A stretch of DNA of 64,000 nucleotides from a virus, in the IMG/VR virus record IMGVR_UViG_3300023179_000093, positions 8,082 through 72,081 of that record; one strand, written 5' to 3'. Under the pieces are notes generated by a model that saw only the letters and a list, made by a program, of their open reading frames with translations, was not told the DNA's origin and made no database searches. Both the position numbers and the translations under genes were made by a program. How positions within the stretch are numbered: the stretch's first letter is position 1; every line of letters starts with the position of its first letter. Shown piece by piece: positions 52,863 to 61,106 of this stretch.

Positions 52863-55800
52863 ATGTCTTCCTTAACCTCCAGAACTGTAGCCGATTCGTA
52901 CCCAGAACTATTAAAGCTAGAATCTGCCTTTACAGCTTCCAGCGACCTTCGGCAAATGGAAGATGGAGTTGGCAATGTTCTCCCTATTCAGATAAGTCAA
53001 GACAAGGTTAAAATTACAGGAGAATTACTTCTTTCGGATGCTTTAAGTCTAGCTTATCCGCTTGTTAGCACTTGGACTGGGGAAAGCACAGCCCTTTCAA
53101 TTACTTCTTTAAAGACGTCTTCAAGTCCAACCACCGGAGCGTTAACGGTTGCGGGGGGAGTTGGGGTTCAAGGGAATGCGTACATAGGCCAAGATCTTAA
53201 TGTCATTGGGCAATCTTTTTTCACTGGAAACTCCCAATTTAGCGGGAATGTTAATATTGACGGAGTTCTCACATTAAAGGGAAATATTAATGTTGGGGAT
53301 GGAAACACCGACTCAATCAGTTTTAACGCAGATGTTACTTCGGACATACTCCCAGATACGACGGAAACTTATGATTTGGGTTCTCAAACAAAATCATGGG
53401 ATCAAGTCTACGCCAAAGAAGTTATTGCCAGAAACATTACGGCTCAAGGTTCTGGAAATGTGGTTTTGTCTCCGATTGGGACTGGCGCCGGAACCGTCAC
53501 AATTTCCCCAGCAAGCACAGTTAACATTTCTCCAACAGGCATTCTTACAATTAATCCAACGGCTACCTCAAACCTTAATAATGTAACCATTGGTGGCACC
53601 ACCCCAAGAGATGGGACTTTCACAAACATTACCCAAAGTGGGACTGCTGGCGCTTTTGTTGTCTCCGGGACAACCGATTCCACTTCCTCGACAACGGGAG
53701 CCGCAAGAATTGCTGGTGGTCTTGGCGTTGCTAAAAACCTTTATGTTGGCGGTAGCTTTAATATACCAGCCAACGTCACCAGCACCAATTCTGCGGCAAT
53801 CTTTGTACCCCTAAATGTCAGCGGTGCCTCAACATTTACCAGTACCGGAGCATATTCACTCACAATTAACCCGCCAAACACAACTACGATTCCCTTAAGG
53901 ATTGCGAATAATAATTCAGACTCTGTTACAGTTGATGCCGCCGGGCAACTTAATGTTTTAAAAAGTTCAGTTTTCACTGGCCAAGCAAGATTTAACTCGA
54001 CGACTACGGTAAACGAGGTTTTTCAACAAATCGATTCCACAAAAACCTCTAGTTTTGCCGGACCGCTTAATATTGCTGGATCCACAAATCTAAGAAGTTT
54101 TTATGCTCGAGATGCTTTAAACTCAACCAATGTTCTTTCGTTTGACAACACGACAAACACGCTTTCGACCTCCAACGCCATCCTCAGCACTGCGTTAAAC
54201 ATCAGCCAAAATACTGGAGCCACGGCAGCAAACTTCCCCTACTACTTTAATGTAAATAGCGTTGGTAAGCTCACAGCCGTTAACGAGGCCGCCATATCCG
54301 CCGGAACCTCTTCAACATCAAGCGGTCAAATTATTCTTGCCGGGACATGCTCTTCAGTTGAGCCCACGACAGCTGGAATTCAATACCTTCGGATACGACC
54401 TCAAATTAATCTTGCCGGAAGGGATATTGCTACTGTTGATTTTGGCGCAAAGACAATTACGGTTGGCTCGACCATTAACCTAACCCCAGACACCAATATC
54501 AATTCAACTGGAGGATCGATAGCTTCCAATATTGTACCCACTGCCTCCAATAGTTATGACCTTGGTAGCACAACTAGGCGGTGGAAAGATCTGTATCTTA
54601 CAAACTCTTTGACTATTGGCGGTGCCATTAACGCCACATTGACTGGCTCCACACCGCATGTCTTCTCGGGTAATGTTCAGATTAATGGAAGTCTCACCGT
54701 CTCTGGTCAGACTACGCAACCAATCGCAGCCAATGTCAGCAGTATTAGTAAAAGACTGGATCTTAACACGGCAGTTGATGACTCCACCAATAATCTTGCC
54801 AAACAAAATCTTTCAAGCTCTGCAATTGACGGAGGTCTTTTTATTGCCGCGACACTGCCAACGCAAGTGTTCAACGCAGTTGCAGCCGCAGATGCCGCAG
54901 TTGAAACAATTTCACACAGCTTTGGGGTTCCGCTATTAACCTCTGGCGGCGTTACCGCTATCCGCAAAGACACAAACGCCGATGTCACATCTCTATTTAC
55001 CTATTCTCAAACGTCCAACACGGCTGTTACCATTACCTGGAATGCGGGTACATCGACGTCATTGGGTACCGCTGGTGCTGTTGGTGGGATTGTTTTCACC
55101 CTTACCCCGCAATCATCTTACGGAGCATATGTCACCAACTCCGCTACCGTGGCAAATGGCGTTTCTCAAACTATTACGCATAACCTTCTCACCACAGCGG
55201 TTTCGGTATCGGTTATCAAAGTTTCAGATGGGACAATTATACCGAATACAACTTATTCAATCGCAACTCCAAACACAACTACGGCTACTCTTACCTGGAA
55301 TTCTACCGCACCAACGGCAACCAGCAACGCGGCAGCGGGTACTCTTCGAATCAAGGTTGTTCCGACAGCGACCGTTCAAAAGTATTCTTCGGTAACCTAC
55401 ACAACCCCGGCAACCAGCAATACAACTCCAAAACTATTGGAGCCCCAACTTTTATCCAGCGACAACTTTGGTCTGGCCGCCGGGAAATCCTATTTCATTA
55501 ACAATACAAGAGTCCTAAACGAAACTTCGCTTGGTGACGCCGTTGTCAGTTCGAAACTGGCTTCGGTTGGTACGATCACCAGTGGAGTATGGCAGGGGAC
55601 AACCATTTCTGGAGCTCAAGGTGGAACTGGCGCTGTCAATACTGGCAGAACCATAACCATTGCCGGAAACTTTTCTACAACTGGAACAGCGGGTTCAACT
55701 TGTGCTTTGGCTCTCAGTGGAAACACTGCCGTAACCCTCCCGCTATCTGGAACACTAGCTACTCTTGCCAATTCGGAGACTCTGACCAATAAGACGCTTG

Positions 55801-57188
55801 GGACGGCTAGTGGCGCAAACACGACCATTCCAGCTGGTGCTTTAAGTTCAGATCTTGCCGTCGTCGATGGCGGAACCGGCAGGGGAACTCTTACCGCAAA
55901 CGGAGTTTTATTTGGAAGCGGAACGAACGCAGTTGGAATGACCGCCGCCGGGACCGACAAACAAGTGCTGATTTCCAGTGCTGGTGTGCCGACCTTTGCA
56001 ACCATCAGCCCAGTCATTACGCTAACTGGCGACGTCACTGGCACTGGCACAATGACCGATCTGGGTAGTGTCACCATCAATACTACGGTTGGAGCCGATC
56101 AAGTAGCTTTGGGAACCGACACAACTGGTGCCTACACCCAATCAGTCGCTGTATCTGGTTCTGGCCTATCTTTGACCAACGCAACGCCAACTGCGGATGG
56201 AGCTCAAGTAACGATAGCTTCCAACGCAACTTCACTTAACACGGCGAACACCCTTGTTTTTAGAGATTCCTCCGGAAACTTTTCGGCGGGGACAATTACT
56301 GGAACTCTTTCTGGAAATGCCTCAACGGCTTCAAGTGCCGCTCGTTGGACAACCTCGAGAACCTTGACTCTTAGTGGAAACATTACTGGGTCGGTCACGC
56401 TTGACGGATCTGGCGATGCGACAATGTCAAATACGGCGTATTCGCCTCTTTCGATTACCAATGCGGCCATTAGTGCAACTGCGGCAATTGTTGACACAAA
56501 ACTGGCGACAATTTCAACCGCTGGAAAAGTAGCCAATTCCGCAACCACGGCCACAAGCGCAACCGGCGTTACCGACACCGCCAGCCTAACCCTAAAGAAC
56601 ACCATCGTTTCTCGTGACAACAACGGAGAAATTACCGTCAACCGTGTTAAAGCTTTAAACGGGTTTGATGGCGTTGCCACCGGAGTTTTGGACAATGTCT
56701 CAAGGCAAAGGGTTAAAGTTTCTGGTTACGATGCTTCAGCCAACGCCGTTTCTTTGGAAAAAGACGAGATTGTCTTTACCTCCAACTCAAATTGCAGTGT
56801 TTGGGTAAGCCCAGACGCAACTGGAACAAAGTCTGTTGTGCAAGTTTCTGTTCCAGCGGTGACAAGCTTTGTTAACGACTTTAACGACGCCAACCTTATT
56901 GTTTCAGACGATGTCAGCGGTGGTAGAATCAAATTTAGGCTCGACACACTATCGTCGGCCTCCTCTGCCTTTTCTGGTGGGACTCCAAGACAACTTACGG
57001 TTTCAGATTCAAACCAGACGCTGGTTGGGTACACAAACGCCAGTCCGCTGCTTGGTACTCCTGGCACTCTAACCAGTTTTCCTTTTTTAAAGTGGGATTC
57101 AGTTCCTCAAGCACTGGAAGTCAAAATTGCGGCTTCCGGTTCAACTGATTCCCCACAAACAGTATATGTCCCTTTCTACACCGCCTAG
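52863..57188 (+). CDS. Long tail fibre protein
   Basis: 1441 aa, Thr/Ser/Gly-rich with typical fibre modules ('S.TTGAL.V.GG.G', 'YDLGS....W', 'GGTG', 'RD.SGNFSAGTIT'). Confidence 0.85.
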   Translation: MSSLTSRTVADSYPELLKLESAFTASSDLRQMEDGVGNVLPIQISQDKVKITGELLLSDALSLAYPLVSTWTGESTALSITSLKTSSSPTTGALTVAGGVGVQGNAYIGQDLNVIGQSFFTGNSQFSGNVNIDGVLTLKGNINVGDGNTDSISFNADVTSDILPDTTETYDLGSQTKSWDQVYAKEVIARNITAQGSGNVVLSPIGTGAGTVTISPASTVNISPTGILTINPTATSNLNNVTIGGTTPRDGTFTNITQSGTAGAFVVSGTTDSTSSTTGAARIAGGLGVAKNLYVGGSFNIPANVTSTNSAAIFVPLNVSGASTFTSTGAYSLTINPPNTTTIPLRIANNNSDSVTVDAAGQLNVLKSSVFTGQARFNSTTTVNEVFQQIDSTKTSSFAGPLNIAGSTNLRSFYARDALNSTNVLSFDNTTNTLSTSNAILSTALNISQNTGATAANFPYYFNVNSVGKLTAVNEAAISAGTSSTSSGQIILAGTCSSVEPTTAGIQYLRIRPQINLAGRDIATVDFGAKTITVGSTINLTPDTNINSTGGSIASNIVPTASNSYDLGSTTRRWKDLYLTNSLTIGGAINATLTGSTPHVFSGNVQINGSLTVSGQTTQPIAANVSSISKRLDLNTAVDDSTNNLAKQNLSSSAIDGGLFIAATLPTQVFNAVAAADAAVETISHSFGVPLLTSGGVTAIRKDTNADVTSLFTYSQTSNTAVTITWNAGTSTSLGTAGAVGGIVFTLTPQSSYGAYVTNSATVANGVSQTITHNLLTTAVSVSVIKVSDGTIIPNTTYSIATPNTTTATLTWNSTAPTATSNAAAGTLRIKVVPTATVQKYSSVTYTTPATSNTTPKLLEPQLLSSDNFGLAAGKSYFINNTRVLNETSLGDAVVSSKLASVGTITSGVWQGTTISGAQGGTGAVNTGRTITIAGNFSTTGTAGSTCALALSGNTAVTLPLSGTLATLANSETLTNKTLGTASGANTTIPAGALSSDLAVVDGGTGRGTLTANGVLFGSGTNAVGMTAAGTDKQVLISSAGVPTFATISPVITLTGDVTGTGTMTDLGSVTINTTVGADQVALGTDTTGAYTQSVAVSGSGLSLTNATPTADGAQVTIASNATSLNTANTLVFRDSSGNFSAGTITGTLSGNASTASSAARWTTSRTLTLSGNITGSVTLDGSGDATMSNTAYSPLSITNAAISATAAIVDTKLATISTAGKVANSATTATSATGVTDTASLTLKNTIVSRDNNGEITVNRVKALNGFDGVATGVLDNVSRQRVKVSGYDASANAVSLEKDEIVFTSNSNCSVWVSPDATGTKSVVQVSVPAVTSFVNDFNDANLIVSDDVSGGRIKFRLDTLSSASSAFSGGTPRQLTVSDSNQTLVGYTNASPLLGTPGTLTSFPFLKWDSVPQALEVKIAASGSTDSPQTVYVPFYTA

Positions 57189-57243
57189 TATTGACAAAAA
57201 ATTGACAAAATATGGAAACGGTTAAAAATCAAGGGCTAAGAAT

Positions 57244-58305
57244 ATGGCAAGCCTAGCTGGACTCGGACCTCATCAAACCTGGAAAGAGCTTCTTAGGGTT
57301 GATAACGATCCTACTAGAAACCAAGGCGTTACATCAGCCTTGGTTCGGGTTGCTGACGGGCAGGGAACTCAATCCGCCTTGGCTGTTTCCACAACCGCGG
57401 CCAAAGTACATGGAGCCTTTGATACTACTGGTGCCATCACCTCTGCTGGCAATATCACTGGTGTAACTCTTGTCGGAAGCGGACTTAATGTTGGGGTTAC
57501 TGGGCAAAGCCCATCGGCCACTATTAATAGTTCTGGTGCGATCGTAGGGACAAGCCTAAGTGCAGGAACTTCTGGAGCGATCACTGGTGGTTCAGTCAAT
57601 GTCGGGGCGGGGACGGTAACTGGCTCAAGGTTTATTGGCACTGCCGACACGGTCACAAACGGAGTCTACACGAATTCCACTTTATACATTGGCACAACGG
57701 CCATCACTTTAAATAGGTCTTCAGCTGCGCAAACATTAACTGGTACGAACATTGATGGTAACGCTGGAACAGTAACAAATGGTGTTTACACGACATCAAA
57801 TTTAAATATTGGGACAACTTCTGTGCCACTGAACAGAGCTTCTGCCGCTCAAACCCTTACTGGGGTAAGCATTGACGGGAATGCCGCGACTTCAAGCACT
57901 TCTGGGATCGCTGGAACTTGGACTCCGACCGTTGCTACGCCAAATACAGTTGCTTACACATATGTATCTCAAATTGGTACATTTCATAAAATAGGAAAAG
58001 TAGTGCATGGATCTATTGCTTTTGCTTTTCGGCCAAACGTAGCACCCACTGGGACGCTAGTGTTTTCTATTAGTGGTTTGCCATACCAGCCAAATAGTAA
58101 TTACGGCACACTTCGAATCTCGCAGTGTGACTTTACAACACTACCTGCAGTTGTTCGTTTTGCGACAAACACAGCAACAATGACATTCCATACTCTAATT
58201 AGCGACACCACGGCTCTAGGGAACTATCCATTTAGCAGTACAGGTGCAACAACAGCCTTAGCTAAAACTATAGTAGGATACTTTACCTATGAGACAAATG
58301 GATAA
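57244..58305 (+). CDS. Second tail fibre protein
   Basis: N-terminus similar to the 1441-aa fibre; tandem ~41-aa repeat; 'GTWTP...G.F.KIG..V' tip domain. Confidence 0.75.
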   Translation: MASLAGLGPHQTWKELLRVDNDPTRNQGVTSALVRVADGQGTQSALAVSTTAAKVHGAFDTTGAITSAGNITGVTLVGSGLNVGVTGQSPSATINSSGAIVGTSLSAGTSGAITGGSVNVGAGTVTGSRFIGTADTVTNGVYTNSTLYIGTTAITLNRSSAAQTLTGTNIDGNAGTVTNGVYTTSNLNIGTTSVPLNRASAAQTLTGVSIDGNAATSSTSGIAGTWTPTVATPNTVAYTYVSQIGTFHKIGKVVHGSIAFAFRPNVAPTGTLVFSISGLPYQPNSNYGTLRISQCDFTTLPAVVRFATNTATMTFHTLISDTTALGNYPFSSTGATTALAKTIVGYFTYETNG

Positions 58306-58307
58306 AT

Positions 58308-58514
58308 ATGATCATTGAACCCATTAGCAACGAAGGAATAGTCTGCCTCCAAAGCGAAACAAATTGGAGGGGTTGTCTGCATATATACTCTCAAGAAATC
58401 AAAAATTACCTAACTGAAGAGCAGATAAACAACATTCTTGAGGAGGCTGGCGCGGCAACCGCAGAAAGATGGCTACTAGAATACGAAGAAATCGTGAGCG
58501 CAAGTGGTCTGTAA
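58308..58514 (+). CDS. Small acidic protein
   Basis: Follows the fibre gene. Confidence 0.5.
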   Translation: MIIEPISNEGIVCLQSETNWRGCLHIYSQEIKNYLTEEQINNILEEAGAATAERWLLEYEEIVSASGL

Positions 58515-58515
58515 A

Positions 58516-58857
58516 ATGAAAAATAAAATCTATAAAGAAGCTTTAAAGATATTCGAGGAGTATCTTAAAAGAAAGATACCCTCGTATGCTTCTAAAAAAC
58601 TGGAATGTCTGATTGGCGCCGCCATAGCCGCCGAAAGTTTTTTCACGGCTCATGGGGCAATTCTTGGGATGGCTCCAAAAAGTGAAGGTGTTTGGGAGGT
58701 ATTGTTTCTGGCGGCTGACAACAAGGATGGGCGCAAACAGGTGATGCGGGACGCAATTAAAAAGCTCAATCCAAAGCTGGTTGTCTATACCCGCAGCAAG
58801 CACAACGGAAAAGAATATGTCCGTGGGCCAGAATATTGGGAGAGGTTATTGGCATGA
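58516..58857 (+). CDS. Hypothetical protein before the ejection genes (possibly GNAT-like)
   Basis: Position and size only. Confidence 0.5.
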   Translation: MKNKIYKEALKIFEEYLKRKIPSYASKKLECLIGAAIAAESFFTAHGAILGMAPKSEGVWEVLFLAADNKDGRKQVMRDAIKKLNPKLVVYTRSKHNGKEYVRGPEYWERLLA

Positions 58858-59918
58858 TAAACTGGATCGAAAGGGAAGAGCGTTCCAGACTTAACCGAGT
58901 GATGGGGGTAGGGGGGTCTGGTCATTTTTATTTTGATAGTGGCGATGCCCCTCAGCTGAGTATGGTGGATCTTGAGGAGCTAAAATTACCAGACATTCTT
59001 GCATCTCTTGAAAAGTTTTTAGGGCAAAAAGACTTTCTTCCTAAATTCCAGGACATGCTGAGCTCTTCCGCTTCATTGCGGAAAGACGCCCTCAACGAAC
59101 TTCAACCTGGATACAAAGAGTCGATGGACAAATCGATGCAGATCGCCAACGAAAGAATGGGCGGTCTAATGCCAGCGGATATCGCAAAGAAGGTAAGTGA
59201 GATTGCTGGGTATAACGCCCTTAGCGGTGGGTATAGTGGCGGAAGCCAAGCTGGGCGATTCCTTGAGGCCAAAAATTATGGTCTTACCAGCCTAGATCTT
59301 CAGAACAGCGGTGTGGCTATGTCTCAAGGACTACGGTCGGAGACCCAAGCACTGATGCCTTTGCAGGCTATCAATATGGCGTTTACACCGCAGCAGTTAC
59401 GAGCCGACGAAGTAAATATTGGAATGTATAACACCAATGTCCGAAACCAAGAAGCTATGTACAACACAGGCGTTAAAAACCAGCAGGCTCAGCTGGACGC
59501 TCAGAATAGCGGATCCCCTTGGGCGGGAATTGCAGGAACGGTTGTTGGTGGAGCTCTTGGCGCTATTGCCGCTCCAGTCACTGGCGGACTATCAATCCCA
59601 CTTGGGATGTCACTTGGTGGCATGATTGGCGGACAATTTGGTGGAGCTAAGGGGATGCAGGCTGGAATGGCCGGAGCTCAGGTTGGCCAAATGGGCATGA
59701 CCGGAATGTCTATGATGAATGGTGGGATGAATTTTGGTGGTAATAGTGTCTATGGTGGAGGTGGCGGAAGAGGAATGTTTAGTGATTGGTCGGGGCCCTT
59801 TATATGGGATTACAACTCATCTCCTAAATCCTCAGGTTATTTTCAAGGGGGTATGACCAGACCAGGCGACTACAACACTCGTGGTTTGGGGATATACCAA
59901 GGAACGGCGGTAGCCTAA
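58854..59918 (+). CDS. Ejection/pilot protein
   Basis: Gln/Asn helical region plus Gly/Met-rich hydrophobic C-terminal region. Confidence 0.65.
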   Translation: MINWIEREERSRLNRVMGVGGSGHFYFDSGDAPQLSMVDLEELKLPDILASLEKFLGQKDFLPKFQDMLSSSASLRKDALNELQPGYKESMDKSMQIANERMGGLMPADIAKKVSEIAGYNALSGGYSGGSQAGRFLEAKNYGLTSLDLQNSGVAMSQGLRSETQALMPLQAINMAFTPQQLRADEVNIGMYNTNVRNQEAMYNTGVKNQQAQLDAQNSGSPWAGIAGTVVGGALGAIAAPVTGGLSIPLGMSLGGMIGGQFGGAKGMQAGMAGAQVGQMGMTGMSMMNGGMNFGGNSVYGGGGGRGMFSDWSGPFIWDYNSSPKSSGYFQGGMTRPGDYNTRGLGIYQGTAVA

Positions 59919-61088
59919 ATGACTGCCGCTGAAAAAATCAACATCACCTCAAATCTGGGGCAACAGATCGTCAGCAATATGCTGATGGCCCAGAGGGCTC
60001 AGCAATCGCAGCAAGAGCTCAGCCTTCGGGCGAGAGCTTTTGAGGCCGAGCAGGAGTGGAATCAAAAACGATACCCGCTCATGCTCAAGCAACTGGAGAA
60101 CCAGACTACGGCTCTGGATTTAGAAGCAAACTCTCAAAAGCTTCAGATAGAGCTTCAACGGGTAAATATGGCAAAAAGTAACGCCGAGCTTAAATCTACA
60201 GCCGCTATTGCCCCAATTGCCGCAGAAATGGACTTTTTAGCTAGGACAAGCCCAGAGAGCCTTATGTCCTATAGCATTCCAGACATTGCAATTGAGGGGG
60301 ACGATAAAACCGTTGCGGACGCCGCTTCGGCGTTGGCAAAAAGTAAGCTTAACGAATACAAGACAAGTCTTTTAAACAACAACAAAATAGTTCAAACCTG
60401 GAACGACACGGCGGACAAGCTTTTGCAGGTATCCGAGAGATACGACACGCCTTCTGTGATGAAAATGGAGTTACAGGACGCAGCAAGAAAACTTCGAAGC
60501 TCTGGTCTTAGCGGCCTTACCGATCACGAGAAACAAACCTTGATACCTTACGCAGAAAAAATCGCCTACGCCTCAAGCCCAGCTTACATTGAGATGCAAA
60601 AGCAAAGAGTTGAGACTGCGGCTACCGGGACAAAAGCAGTTACTGGCAGGATCAAGGAGCTGCGAGAAATTGCCGGTAACATATTTGTGGATGACGCCAC
60701 TAGAAAAGCTGCGGCCGCTCAGCTTAATAAAGTCATGCTTTCTGGCCAGGATCAACTGGAAAGCGATCAAGAAGATACTTCGGTAACTCCATCCGCTCAA
60801 GCAAAGCCAACGGCTTCGGCTACCCCCAATGCCGCTCCTTCCGCCAGCAGTGCGGCAGATCTTAGAGTTAAGTTCAAGCAAGTTGCAGAAGCAATTCAAC
60901 AGCAGCGCGATCCTATGCCATTGATCAATATGCTTTCCGATGAAGTCTTAAAATTTAAAAACCTAAAGCCCACTAAAGAAAACAAAGAAGCGGCTTCCAA
61001 AGAAGTTTTGCGTCAACTCCGCAACGGAGGTGTTTCCCTACCCTTTTTACCATCTGATCTAAACCCCTCTAGCCAAGAAGAAAACTAG
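59919..61088 (+). CDS. Internal virion (ejection) protein
   Basis: Helical, Gln/Ala-rich; between the pilot and giant proteins. Confidence 0.6.
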   Translation: MTAAEKINITSNLGQQIVSNMLMAQRAQQSQQELSLRARAFEAEQEWNQKRYPLMLKQLENQTTALDLEANSQKLQIELQRVNMAKSNAELKSTAAIAPIAAEMDFLARTSPESLMSYSIPDIAIEGDDKTVADAASALAKSKLNEYKTSLLNNNKIVQTWNDTADKLLQVSERYDTPSVMKMELQDAARKLRSSGLSGLTDHEKQTLIPYAEKIAYASSPAYIEMQKQRVETAATGTKAVTGRIKELREIAGNIFVDDATRKAAAAQLNKVMLSGQDQLESDQEDTSVTPSAQAKPTASATPNAAPSASSAADLRVKFKQVAEAIQQQRDPMPLINMLSDEVLKFKNLKPTKENKEAASKEVLRQLRNGGVSLPFLPSDLNPSSQEEN

Positions 61089-61106
61089 CCTTAAAATAGC
61101 GGTTCA

